In this document: positions 27,784 through 40,879 of the stretch, piece by piece | Numbering within the stretch: the stretch's first letter is position 1 | Layout: each line of letters opens with the position of its first letter | From: Moniliella sp. 'wahieum' | Lineage: Eukaryota | DNA length: 64,000 nt | NCBI GenBank assembly: GCA_003971905.1 | Contig: RSEE01000002.1 | Span: 682,001 to 746,000, forward strand | Reading direction: 5' to 3' | Position numbers and translations under genes: made by a program | Notes under the pieces: model-generated | What the model saw: the letters and a program-made list of their open reading frames with translations, nothing else | What the model was told of the DNA's origin: nothing | The model's database searches: none

Positions 27784-28391
27784 ATGGGTGCCTACACGTA
27801 CCTCCAGACGCTCTACAACAACAAGCAGTCGGACGTGCTCCGCCTGCTGTTCCGTCTCCGCTGCTGGGAGTACCGCCAGCTGAATGCGATCCACCGCGCC
27901 TCGCGCCCCTCGCGCCCCGACAAGGCCCGCCGTCTCGGGTACAAGGCCAAGCAAGGCTACGTGATCTACCGTGTGCGTGTGCGCCGTGGTAACCGCAAAA
28001 AGCCCGTCAGCAAGGGTATTACCTACGGTAAGCCCGTGCACCAGGGTGTCAACCACCTCAAGTACCAGCGCACCCTTCGTTCGACGGCGGAGGAGCGCGT
28101 GGGCAAGAAGTGCGGCAACCTGCGCATCCTTAACTCGTACTGGATCAACCAGGACGGCATCTACAAGTACTACGAGGTGATTGCTGTCGACCCCTCCCAC
28201 AAGGCCATCCGCCGTGACGCGCGCATCAACTGGATTGTGGGCCAGAAGCACCGCGAGTCGCGTGGCCTTACTGCCACGGGCAAGAAGAGCCGCGGCTGGG
28301 CAAGGGCCACCGGTACAACAAGACCCAGCACGGTGGCAAGAACGCCACCATCAAGAAGCGCGACACGCTCTCGCTCCGCCGCTACCGCTAA
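27784..28391 (+). CDS. RPL15: 60S ribosomal protein L15 (eL15)
   Basis: [20 protein letters not shown]...[37 protein letters not shown] and [12 protein letters not shown], ending LRRYR-stop. One frameshift near 28296. Confidence 0.98.
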
Positions 28392-30036
28392 GCGGCTGGT
28401 TGACTGGGACCCATGCGGTCTGGCGTTCATGCTCGGAGCCTGTCTTGTGGTGGTGGTTACTTTGGCCTGTGACGCTAGGCGTGCTCTTTCTGTGGTGCCG
28501 TTCCCTGCATGGGGCAGGACGGAACGCGCCAACAAAACCCTATGGCATCCATGCTATTCCCTTCTTCATCTCACCATAGCTGCGTGGCAAGGACTTCTTT
28601 GCACGGAGACGATAGTAGCAGCGACAGCGTGCATTGAAACACATACCTTGTGAGGCCTACCTATGGCATGTGGGATGGAGAGAGAGTTCGCGTTCCAAGT
28701 ATTCCACCCGTGCCTGTCGAAGCTTACCAAGGACGAAACGTCGACCTGCATAACCACCTCGTTGGCAAGCCTTTCTGTACAACCTTCTACCACATGTCGC
28801 AGACAGTGCGAACATGCCAAGTCATATATCCCTGTGCCTCGCGGCCCGTCAGCGGTTGTTTCAGGGTGAAGCCAACCTCCCATCCTGATGGGCTCTCAGT
28901 TGTACCGGGCCCGCACGTATAATGCATCCGGACTGAACAAGAGCCTTGCAACGAAAGCGATGACGGTGGGACCTGTACGTGCCGCCGACGGTATCAAAAG
29001 CAGCACAGAGTCGGAGCTTACGGTGGCGGGAGGGATGGGAGGCAAGGAGGATGAGGGGAGGACGAGAGCGTCTTCATTCCGAAACGGATACCGCGACGGA
29101 TGCCGCGACGTCGTATCGGGGCGCAAGAGGGGTACGTGGGTGGGGCACAGTGTCTACGTATGCTATAGGTGGACTGGACGCTTTGAGGCTACGGATGCCA
29201 TCGATAGAAGCCCTGAGCAAAGAGAAACATATGCGCACAGAGGGATAGCTGCATGTCGGCACCAGGGATGTGAACGCATGTGAGCGATACAATTGGTGGG
29301 CCGCGCATGGGGCTTCGCCTGTCGGGCACGTGCGGGGGGGGCAAAGATGCGAAAAGGACGTCGTGGTACCACACTAGCATCATGGACCAAGACATTGGCC
29401 GACGGATGCGGGCCAGGGCCAACCTACTGTGTGAGCATCGTGCGATGGGGCGGGTACGATAGACGGTAGCAGAGATCAGAGATCAGAAAGATCCGACATA
29501 GAGATCAAAGTAGCGAAGAGGACAGGTTGGGCGCCCCTCAACGAACAGACGTCGCGTGGTACTACCCCGACACACACCTACGTAAAGAATCAGGCACTGT
29601 GAAAGTGGGAGGGGGGGGGGGACGACCCCGCCCCGAGCATGTCTATACTAGACAATTTGGTTATGGCCACTTAGCCCTGCCAGCTTGCGTACTGCGTACC
29701 TCTTCATACAAGCTATCCAACGACGAAAGCGGATGCGCGGGGGACCCTCGGCCGCCCCGCGTGGCCACGACATCGCTTGCTTACAGGATGTGAAGGGCGG
29801 TAATCGGCAAAGCCAAAGACCAGGTCAAGCCCAAGTCCCAACGGTGTCGTACACGCAGGGCCGTGCCGTGCTCGCCTTATCCTCTGCCCTCTACCCATAC
29901 CCACTAAACTTTACCCAAACCACACCTATTGGAATTCTGGCCTACCCGGACCGGCCCGGAGCGGGATAGCGGGCGACTACCTGCGCAAGGGAATCTTTAG
30001 GTGAGGGAGGGGATAGGGGTAGGCGGGGCGCGATGG

Positions 30037-30076
30037 CGTTAAGATGTACGTTAAGATGTACGTTAAGATGTACGTT
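30037..30076. repeat. 12-bp tandem repeat (AAGATGTACGTT)x3
   Basis: Three perfect copies at 30041, 30053 and 30065, followed by a GATC-rich tract. Confidence 0.9.
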
Positions 30077-30515
30077 AGATCGATGGACCGGCTGATCGTT
30101 GATCGGTTGATCAGTGATCGATCGATAGATCCATACATCGACAGGAGATATGGATCCGAGATACCGGGGTACCGTACGTGCAGCCCATCCGACGGAGGCG
30201 CCTCGCCTTGCCCCGCGACCGAGTCGGCAGCGGCAGTCGGCAGTCGGCACGTGCGTTAAGAGGGGTATACAATGTGACACAGACGGCGACGGGAAGGCCA
30301 AAGCACGTCCACGGTGGCTCGGGGGTAAGCTGACGTGGAGGAGGGGGGGGGCGAGGAAGGAGGTTGGGTCCCCAATGGGCGTATGCTTGGCGTGTCAGGG
30401 GGAGGTCCCCTTGGGCCAAGGGCAGATACATGGGATACAAGGGTGGAGGGGTGGAGGGGTGGAGGGGCGGAAGGGCGGGGGGTGTGGTAAAGCAAGGGGG
30501 GCAAGGCGGGGTTTG

Positions 30516-33500
30516 TCACAAGGCATTGGCTACCCTCATACTCCTCTCCCTCCTTCCCTCCCCCTTCCCCGACACATGGTGAGCCCAACATGCCTGTTCC
30601 CTTCTGCCCGCGAGTCCATGTCCCTGACCAAGACCATGCCCGTGCCCATGCCCGTGCCCATACGCGTGCGCGTGCGCGCCGTTGCTCCGCCCTTCGCCTA
30701 AGTCCATCAAGAAGACATTAAGAAGCTTGTTCGGAGAAGGAGCGAGGCAGCGCATAATAGTCGGTTGGCGGCTGAGACGGATAAGGCTCGGGCAGGTCGG
30801 CGGCGGGGCGAGACGCGGTGCTGGGATGGAAGCCGGATCGAGCTGGAAGGGCGCATACTGGATATGAGAAGGCCCCGGAGGCAAGGACAACGCAGCACCA
30901 CTTGCTCCTGCTCCTGCTCCGGCTCCTGGTCCTGGTCCTTGCCTGGGCCTGCTCCTGGTCCTTGTCCGGGAGCCGGAGCGGGAGCCGGAGCAGGCTGGGA
31001 AGAGTACAAGGTATTTTCCCAAGCGGGTGGAGGATGTGATCCTGGACCTGGACCTGGACCTGATCGTGGCCGTGGCCCAGGCAAAGTCCTGCGACCCTGC
31101 GCGCACCATGGTCGCTTGTGCAGGGGACATGTATGGGGTGGGGAGGGCGGGGGACCGTCTGGGACCTGTACGGCCGGGGAGAAGATACCAGTTTCGTTCG
31201 GGACATGACCAAGTTGGACGCGGGGAACGGGTAGAAGGATAAGGTAGACCCTGATCCGGACAGCGTCGGTTCCATGTTCAATCCGAGCATGTCGGAAGGG
31301 TGTGCGAGGGCTGCCGCGGCGTGCGGAGAGAGCGGGGGCAAAGGAGGTGCAGCCGGCTGGCCAGGGTCGAGTTGGAGGGGTTGGAGAGCGGGCGGGAAGA
31401 AGGGCGGTACGGATGAGACGATGAGGTGCATGTGGTGGGAGTGGACTCGAGGCAGACCAGAACGAGAGGAGAGGGAGACCCCACGGGACCGGCTGCGGCC
31501 TTGGGATCGTCGTCCACTGTCGGACGCACGAGAACGTTGGAAGGACGAGGATTGATGGCGGGGGAAGCGTGGACGTGAGGGCCCAATAGGTTGCTCAAAT
31601 CATTGAGCAATTGCGAGTCCACCGATCCCTGGGTGCTGGGCGCCTTACCCCGCGGCGCTCTCATGCGCGTGGGCGCCCCATGGTGGACTGCGGACCAGAG
31701 AGGGTGAAAAGCGCGAGTAGTGGGACTGCACACTGGCACGATCGAAGCTCGACACACTCCCGGCTGACAAAGCAGTGCCGGTCCGGGGTGCTCGGACGCC
31801 CAAATGGACCGACTGGGAGGACGGGTCGTAGAGCCAGGGGGCTGCCAAGACGCAATCGAAGTATGGCCTGTTAGGCTCGTGCCGGCATCCCCAGCCACGG
31901 GCCCCGAACCGTATGTAGGGAACGGGTCCGACCGGCCCGTTTGCGCCGAGGCAATGCTCCCCGCGCACGGCATGCTGGGGGCGCATGGGGTCCGTGTAGG
32001 ACCAGTGAGGTGCATGACCCCGCGCATCGGAGGGCACGACGGCCGCACCAGCAGAGGCAAACGCCATGCTTGCTCCGGGACCAGCAGAGGAATTGGAAAC
32101 GGCAGACAGAGCTGGGGAGGAGGGGCCAAGCCCAAACTCTTGTCCTGGACTATGACTGTCGAGCGCGGCAAGCATCTCTCGACAGGCTGGTGGGACTGCC
32201 AGGGCGGCGGGTGGTACAGCCCTGCTGTATGCGGGTCGAGGTACTGCGGAGCAGGGGGTGGGTCCTCCCGACGCCCCGGTTCTCGTCAATGTGCGATAGT
32301 GAGGGGCCACAGGACTTGGGGCTGCTCCCTTGGGATCGATGGAGCGCAGGCCGACTGTACGGCGGGTTAGCAGCGCTCGGGCACGACCTTGACCGGGACC
32401 CTTGTCCTTGTTGTGGTTGTTGCTGTTGCTGTTGCTGTTGTTGAAGTCCATTTCTCTCTGCGCACTGGCGGCATAGCCAGATGCATCGGACACCATTGAT
32501 GGGGCCGGGCCATGCAGCACGGAAGGAACATAGCGGCTCGTATCAGTGGAGGCGTACTGGCAAGCCTTGGGATTCAGCAGGTCCCAAAGGAGCGGGTGGT
32601 GGTAGTTGAGGGATGGTTGAGCGCGTTTGGGAGTGCGCATGAGTGCGGTGGTAGTCATGATAAGGGTCGTGGACGGTGGCGGCCGTGCTTCCGGTGCCGA
32701 GGGAAGAAACGGAACCAGGATCGGGGCCTCGGCCCGCCTGTTTGCTAGGATCTGGGCGCTGAGAGGGAGCAAGAAACTCGGATGTGGCAGCGGAAACGGC
32801 AGGGGCAACGGCAGGTACGGAGGGGGGAAGCAGGAGGTAGAGGGCGCTGGGTAACCGGCATGAGCCAAGCTGGGGGGCGTGATGGATGAGATGACAGAGG
32901 AGGCAGCCGTCGAGGCAGACCCTGCCGTGCCTGGCGGCGGTGCGGAGGGGGAAGCACGTTGCGCCGATGGTGGTGGGGAGGTTGGAGCTTAATGGCATCT
33001 TCGACAATATAGGGGAAGTGGAGACACTCTGCCGTTGGTCGCGCAGCCGGATCGTACCGCAAAAGCTCTTGAATCAAGCGATCAAGTTGGTTGGGATTTT
33101 GGTTCCAAAAAGGGTGGAGAATTCGACGGGTGGGCAGCGGGGCCATACCAAGCCATTTTCTGCATTAGCATTTCCCCCTCGGGCCATGGCCCGCCACCGA
33201 CCGATCTGTTGGTGCGTGAATCCACCCCCCACTCACTCGAAGGCGAGCCAAGTGTTTCCGAGATGAGCATCAGCTGAGCAGATTCGTTGAGTCCAGGAAA
33301 TAATGGCTCGAGGTTAATCAGCTCGGTCATGATGGCGCCCAGCGCCCACAAGTCGACTGGGGCAGAGTAAGTAGTAGAGTGGAGCAGCATCTCAGGGGCA
33401 CGATACCATCGCGTTGAGACGTAAGTTGAGTATGGCGGGCTTGACGACAGTTCTCGTGCTAGACCAAAATCGGCGATCTTGACCACGACGGAAGTCCTGT

Positions 33501-34309
33501 TCGAATTTCCCAGGCCGAGTCGGGTTGGGGTAGTTGACCAAGCCCAGGTAGTGAGCAGGAGATTCTCTGGCTTCATGTCGCGATGAAAAAAGCCATGGGC
33601 GTGGACGTGGGCAAACCCTCGAGCGTCTGCGAAAAGATGGGGCAACGAGACCGCCAGCGAGAGCACGGCCCTTGCGAACCTTGGTCTTGGAACAGGTTGC
33701 CCTCGAGCGACTCGAAGACAAAATGCAACTGGAGGTGCCGGGCATGAGGAAGGCGTCGTAGAGGGTAACGATATTAGGATGATGGGATTTCGAGAAGAGA
33801 CTGGAAGAGGAACAGGGAGGGTTAGCAACCGAGTGCAAAGAGCAAGACAGACATACTCGCAGCTCGCGCAGGCGGAGACAGTCATGCCAGTTGGCATAGG
33901 CTTCTTCATGCGCTTGATGGCGACCAAGCGTTTCCCCTTGAATTCGGCGGCACGCGTGGTGTGCATGGTGCTGGGCACCATGTCGTCGGGGAGAGGGGAC
34001 TTCCAGTTGGCAAGGAAGACGGTGCCAAAGGAGCCGTTCGCCGATTTGCGGATGACATCGAACTCGCGTGGGCCGATGCGCATGAGATCGGCGGCGGTGC
34101 GTGGAGGGGGGCGGGGGCGGGGGCGGCGCTGGCGGGGGCGGATGGGCCGGGGGCGCCGGCGTCGTGGGGAGCATATGTGGCGCCATCGGATGCGATGGCG
34201 GTGCGGCCAGACATGGGCATGGGCCTGGCGGCCCTGGCCGAGGCACAGACATGGGTGTGGAGGCGGAGGCGGCAGGCAGGGCGGGTGGAGCGTGCCGGGG
34301 CTGGCTCAT
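30516..34309 (-). CDS. IME2: Ime2/Crk1 (MAK/RCK-family) Ser/Thr kinase with a probable long low-complexity C-terminal tail
   Basis: [54 protein letters not shown]...[16 protein letters not shown] and [12 protein letters not shown]. Intron 33801-33856. Kinase domain at about 33000-34080 is secure; assigning 30516-32900 to the same gene is inference. Confidence 0.85.
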
Positions 34310-36117
34310 CGCACACTCACTCGCTCACTCACTCGGACACGGCGGTGCCGAGGCGCATGGCGCCGCGTGGCGAAGGGGCGAGGCGGGGGGAGGACGAGGG
34401 CGGGGGCGGGGCGAGGAGGGCGGGCAGACGGGCGGGCAGAGATGCGAGGCGAGGCGATGCGGACGAGGCGATGCGGACGAGGCGAGCGGACGAGGCGAGG
34501 CGGCGGCGGCGGTGGCGTGGATGGGTGGAGAAGGGAGGCGGCGGGCACTGGGACGGACCGGTGACCTGCTGCCTGCAGGGCTGCGTCCCCACGCAGCGCG
34601 CATCACCCATGGCCGCCGCTGCGACGGGTGACGCGTGCTGCTGCTTTAGATTTCCGCGGGATTCAAATTTGGAGGCGAGATGCGGCAGCCAGTGCGCCCC
34701 CGCGCTCAGCTGCGGCGCATGGAGGTGAGCGTGGCGGGCATGCGTGATGCATCAGCACTCCCTGCTCATGCATGTGCATCACTGCGGCCGAGCTGAGCGC
34801 TGCGATGCCAGCCGCTGCTCGGGGCTGGTCTTTGCGGCTGCTACGTACCCTGTGCATGTGTGTACGTACAACCGGCTGCCCCCGCGCGCCCCCCATCACT
34901 CCTCCAGCACGCTATCTCCCCTCCGCTCCTCGGCCGCTCCTCTCAGCACTCCCGCACCGCGCCAGGCCCCCTCCTTCCCCGCCCTCCTCTCCTCTCCTTC
35001 CTTCGCCCTCCTCGGCTCAGCGCTGGCGCTCCCGTTTCTCCCCGCCCCGCCCCATCCCACCCACCCACTGCCTCTCGCCCTCTTCTTGGCGCACGCGTAC
35101 CCCTCCTGGCGCCCGTCGGCGTCATGTACACTGAGCTCGTGCTCCCCACTACCCAGCCACACGAAGCGGTGACTCCCGTGTCTGTCACCGCCCGCCCGAT
35201 TGTGGTTCGATGCACCGAAGCTCGACGAGCGATGTGCTTGCCCAAACCCTGCGCGTATCCGATCCGCTAGCCGCGTCCCGCTGAACATCGAAGGCTCCCC
35301 AGAGTTCTCCTGGCTGTCCCGCTCGGCCACGCCACCCACGCTTCGCTCGGAGAATCCCCATGCAACGAACGGCGCTCCCCAACCGAGCCACGCGCCAACC
35401 ACGCAAGGGAGCTGGAATCTGGAAGCCGGGACAGCTTCGCGCAGATGCTCCCCGCGTCCCCGTACGGGGCAGCAGGCCAGTGTCGGCCGCGTACACATGG
35501 CAGAGAAACGCCTGCAGAAACACGCAGCACGCCAGGGGGGCGTTGCTGCGTGCCAGCCGAGAGGCGGCTGTCTGGCGTGGCAGCGCACCTCGCCACAGCA
35601 AGCCGGCACGCCCCTGCCCTGCCCAGCGCCTGCCCCTGCCTGCCCCTGCCTGCCCCTGCCGTGTCGGGCGTCCCGGTGCAATCAAGCCCGCACCCCCCCA
35701 CCCCCCCCCGCTGCACGGGGCCCGTGTGAGAGTGGCGCGCGCAGCCTGAGTGCTACCGCGCCCACTCCCAAGCCTCAGCGCCTCAGCGCCGCAGGCATCA
35801 ACCCTACTCGTACCCAGTCTCAGTACTCTGTACTCGGCTACGCGCCACACAGGGCGATGCGTTGACCTGCTGAGACTCCGCGCCCAGCCAGCACCAGGCC
35901 TGAGGCTAAGGTCTGGCCTTAGGGTTATTAACGTTCAACGTTAACGTTTGCTAACTACTACTACTTGGCCACCCAAACTCTCAACGTCCCAAGCTGAACA
36001 AATCATGTCCCGCAGGGTATGCCCAACGGCAAGTACCACCACGGATCATCGATCATTGATCATTAGTCATGCATCGTACATCAGTAACTGAGTCGAGTAC
36101 GTTGAGTGTACATTGAA

Positions 36118-36165
36118 CGTTGGGGCGTTGAGACGTTGGGACGTTGAGACGTTGCGACGTTGAGT
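36118..36165. repeat. 8-bp tandem repeat (CGTTGRGA)x6, degenerate
   Basis: cgttgggg cgttgaga cgttggga cgttgaga cgttgcga cgttgagt. Confidence 0.85.
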
Positions 36166-37004
36166 ACTTCGTACTGAGGTACTGAGACCCAGTACTGAGA
36201 CTGATTAATGATTAATCGATTAAACCAGTTCTGCCCACCTTGCAAACAAACCCGCGCCTCGACAGCCTCGACGCATGTGCCGGCTCCGACGTGCGACAGG
36301 CGGCTGTCCCCAACGTTGGCAGCCCCTGCTTTGGTCACATGTCACACACACTCGTGTCCCTGTTTAAATTTTCACGTTAAAAACAATCGAAAGTGACATG
36401 GACGCATGACGCGTGACGCGATTGAATATCTTGATCCTCTTGTTATCCCCACGCCATCAGCTTATACCCGTCGTACCCGTTGATGGGGCATCCACCATCC
36501 CGGGGGCATCGGACAATGATGAATGAGCGCTGAGCATCGGACCTTGAATCATACCAATTGCATATTTCTTGGCCAGCCGGCGGCGCCTGATACCTCAGGA
36601 CTCACTCAGTCCTACTGCTCAATAAGGCTCAGGGGATCTTTCCCCGCGTAGAGGGAAAATACAGCAGGGATGTTGAGGTTGAACTCAACGCCGAGCTAGT
36701 AGATTGAGGAGCCTCGTTCGGCATGTCGTAGAGCGCGCAATACTATCGAGGCAAGGAAGCATCGTTGTCCTGTCGAAATGAAATGTTGAACGTGCAGGAC
36801 AACTCATTGCGCCAGGCGGAATTGTGGAGGGATGGCTCATCGCCATCGCTCATCTAACTGGATCGATTCCCCCGTTTCTTCTGCTTTAATGGCTTTTGGC
36901 ATTTGACATCCCCCAAGCAGCAACTCCTTGTGCCTCCAAGAAAGGCGCTCCCAAAGTGTGGCAACCTCCTTCCAATCAGTTGACCCCGATCACCACAACC
37001 AAGC

Positions 37005-37815
37005 ATGCCTCCACCCGGCGCCAACACCACATCCCCAATTACTTGGGAGCAACATGCCATGATCGAGTTTGCCGTCAAGGCTGCCGAGACGTTTGTCAGC
37101 GCCTACTACTCGGCCTCTGACGCCCCTACGCGTGGTGAGGTACGTTGCCTGTCTTGGTCGTGTATTGCCCAAGCTCTGACCATTCTCCCCCCCTCGGTTG
37201 TTTGCTATGCCAGCTTCTGCCAACACTCTACTTGCCCGATAGCACACTCGCTTGGAACGGCAACGCTTTCCAAGGCTCGGACGCCTTGGCGCACCTCTTG
37301 TCGCAAATGCCAGCGACTAAGCACGAAGTTCTCGGCTTTGACTGCCACCCCGTACATGGTGGAATCAGCACGGGTACGTTTTCCTCCTCCCCCTTCTCCT
37401 CTCCTTCCGCCTTCTGCCCCTCTGCATAGAAAGTATTTGACTGACAAGCAGCTTGGCTATAGGCGCCATTGCACTTCCCACGCTAGTCCTGACTGTGACT
37501 GGGATAGTAACCCATCATGCCCCTGGTTCGGTGACTACCTTGACCGAGACCAATGAGCCTCGTTCTGTCCAGGGCAAGCGGAGCAAGCGGGCCGGAGGCA
37601 ACGACTACGGCGATGCGCCCATCAACTCTCTTCCCGCGCGTTTACTCAAACCTTTGTCCTGGTTCCTGGCCAGTCGGACGGCGGCGTCAACGTCTCGGTT
37701 CCTCTTACCCCCGCCGCGAGCCACCCAGCCCCCTACAGGGCCACCACCACCGGCCCAACTGTTGCTGGCCGGACAAGTGTTCATCCGCGCCGACAGCTTC
37801 CGCTTCGTTGGCTAG
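37005..37815 (+). CDS. NXT1: NTF2-related export protein NXT1/p15
   Basis: AAETFVSAYY, LYLPDSTLAWNGN, MPATKHEVLGFDCHP, LVLTVTGIVTH and C-terminal FIRADSFRFVG. Introns 37140-37213 and 37374-37462 splice in frame. Confidence 0.85.
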
Positions 37816-38431
37816 AACATCTCAATTCCAATTCCGTCGTTTCGTCCCACTCCCCCACCCCTGCCCATTGCGTATTTGCGTGCGTGACGCGACGGTGGTT
37901 CAAAATGTTAGCATCCCAGGCCATCCGTGATGAGCCGGCGCGGATGCCCTCTTGTACAAGTATTCCTTTTTACCCTCAGCAGCCATACATTCCCGTCTCG
38001 TCCCGTCCGTCGTGCATAGCGCCAGGGGACACCCGTCCCTCGGGCCTCATCCTGCTCGGTGGTTACAATGCAAAAAGCAAAGGGGTAGATAGCATATGAT
38101 GCTGCGTCATCATGCAGCAGCGTCTGCGCCGAAGAGGTACCTAGTGGGCCCTGTGTGCGCCTGGAGCAAAACCGAGTGCTCGCAGTGGCCTGAATACGCG
38201 CTGGACAGCCGGAGCAGGCCGGCGCTTGCAAGGGGACTAGTGACGTCACCGCACCCCTTCAGCTCCACCCGCGTACGTAAGCGTATGCCTGCGAGGCGCG
38301 CGCAGCCCACAGCTGGGTTTGGCAGATGCATGTGGACGCACGGGGACGGCACTCAGCCGCGGCTGCTGCCCTTGGGCATGGGTTAGCATGGTTATGAACC
38401 GACCCACCGCCACTCCGCCCACGCCCCCGCC

Positions 38432-40879
38432 ATGGACGACGACAACCCCTGGGAGGCCTCCTCGCCTTGGGGGCAGGACGCTGCTCCTCTCGATGCCATC
38501 CTGCCCCTCCTCCCCTTCCCCTGCCCCTCCCCCCCCCGCCCACAGCCGCCGCCACCGCGCCCGCCTTGCCCCCCGCAGCCCATCCGCTCAGCCTCGACCC
38601 CGTCGACGAAGACGGCCTGACTGGGGCATTGAGCGTTCTGCTTCGGTCCCGTCTCCTCATGCCACGCCCCCCAATGCCAGCCCACCCCATCCGCCCTGCT
38701 CTCCCTCCGCCCCAAGCCTCTCCCCTTGCCAAGCCCGTTGGTCTGTCCGATCCCGCTCCTGAGATCACCCCCAAGCCAGCAGAGTCCGAAACGGTTGAGG
38801 ATCCCTGGGCACCACCGCCTTGGGTGGAGCCGAACCTTTGACTCCTCCCTCTGCTGCCGTCGGTTCGGCTCGTATCCCTTCCCCTGTCCCTGTTGTGCCC
38901 CCTCCTCCCCCCCGACTGGCTTTTCCAATCTGGCAAGCTCCATTGACGATGACGCCTCGCCATGGGGTCCCCCGCCAGCACCCGAACCGGAGGTTGTGCC
39001 CGCAGAGGCAGATACGATGACCAAGTCTGCATTGGAGGACACACTGTCCAAGCGCTTTGCTGCTCCCAGTCCTGACCAATCCGATCCGAACCTGCTCCTC
39101 CAACCGAACCTCCCGTCGCCACTTCTTCCCACACTGATACCGATCCCAAGCCCGCCGCTGCAGACGTTGACAAAAGGAGGAACCCCCCGTTGCTGGCGGC
39201 ATGTTCTCCAAGCTCAAGGGCATCATGTCCAAATCGGGCACGGCCACACCCAAATCGGTCGAAGGAAGGAGTTCGAGTGAGCTGGCCAACCCCCTATCGC
39301 CCACGCCAGCTGCCGCGAGTGCTGTCACTTCCTCGCCCACGTCTGGGGCGGCAGGCGCAGCGCAGGCTCTGGCACTCAGCCTGCACCTTGGCTCGCACGG
39401 CTCAAAGCCAACCAAAAGTCCCACGGCCGCACCTCTAGCAGCACCGACTTGACCCCCGACGCTAAGCCAGGCGCGACCTCTGCCCCGGGTTTAAGCAGTT
39501 GACAAACAACAATGCCCCCGCCCCACGAGGCGCCAAATCGGTACTTTCAGCCTGGTTGGCTGGACCTAGTAAGCCCCAGGTGGTATCGGCGGAAGATGAA
39601 GACGAAGAAGATCTCGTTTCAGGGGTCCCCGGCTCAGGTGCTGGTTCCGTTCCGGCGTCGGCGGTATCCCCCCTTCGTTCGCGTCAGGTTCGGCTGCACC
39701 GGCGGCTAACCAGGATCTTCTCTCCTTTGACCCTGAACCCGCCAAGCCGTCGGCTCCGTCGGGCGCAGCGGGTGGTGGAGCTCCCTCAAGACGCGTGCGA
39801 CGTCAGCGACGACAAGTGATAAGCGCCTCGCCCTCCTCGGCGTCGTTGGGGACCGGACAGGCTCCCACCGCCTTTGGTGCCAGCGACTTGGACTGGCTCG
39901 AGTCCACTTCCCGCCAAGGCGCCTACTCGGCTCGAGGACCGGACAGGAATGGGTGTCGATTTGCTAGGAGACACGGCGGCGTATGTGGGTGAGATTGGTG
40001 GGTACGGTTCGGGGGGGATTGGGAGCGAGACACAGCCAATCACATTTACCTCCTCGAGCAAGGACGAGAAGGAATTCTTTGGCTCGTCGCTGTTGGGCAA
40101 ACCAAAGCAGCGCAAGCCCCTGTCGCGTGCGGAGCAAGAAAAATTACGTGCGCAACAACTCGCTGCTGCCTCGTCGGCGGGAGGGTACCGGGACGAAGTG
40201 GGGACATTCCCTTCCTACGATAGGTCGTACGACTATGACGATTCCAGTTCCCGCCCCATTGGGGTGCTGCCCCCAGGATGGTGGGTACAGCGATCAGCCA
40301 CGCCAGGTGCGGTCCTACACAGACGCCGATGATGATCTTCTCAGTTCCCGCCCGGGCTTATCTTCGTCCCCGTCCCGCCCTGCCCAGCGCGGACCACAGC
40401 CTTGGGTTGCTCCCGCCGCCGCCCCATCCAGCACCTCTACAACAACCCATCTTGCTGTGCCGCCCGTATCCGATTTGCTCGGTGACTTGTCTGGCGACAC
40501 TTCTTTCGGAGACTTTGCTTCGTCTACCCCCTCTGGTCAGGCCGAAGGGAGAAACAAGGTGGACCCGTTCCAAGATCTCATCCAATCCTCCACCTCACTT
40601 TCCTCGAGCACAACTGCAACCGCACCTCGACCGCCAACGGCTCCCACCCACTCCCTCTTCCACCAAGACTGCAACGGGCCTATCGGGTGGGATGAGCACG
40701 TCGGGATCCTTGTCGGGTCTTTCCTGGCTGCCCCCCGCCGACGGACACGGCTGCGGCTCACAACAACAAGGGTTCGGCATCGCCTCTACCCAGCCTCGCC
40801 AGTTCGGGTCGGGGAACACCGACGTTGCCGCCTGCGCCAGCACGAGCGCCGGCGCAGAGCAGCGTGGCGGACGACCTGA
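38432..40879 (+). CDS. Hypothetical disordered Pro/Ser-rich protein
   Basis: ATG at 38432 (MDDDNPWEASSPWGQD), recurring DPW/NPW/SPW and DLLGD/DPFQDLI motifs across frameshifted ORFs. Resembles trafficking-adaptor tails, but no family identified. Confidence 0.5.

Noticed and set aside
26624..28391. RPL5/RPL15 as pseudogenes or programmed frameshift sites
   Set aside because: Indels affect nearly all genes alike, with no slippery-site pattern and no amino-acid decay; sequencing error is more parsimonious.
33779..35865. Long overlapping antisense ORFs here and opposite other genes
   Set aside because: Expected from high GC and codon bias; translations are low-complexity with no motifs.
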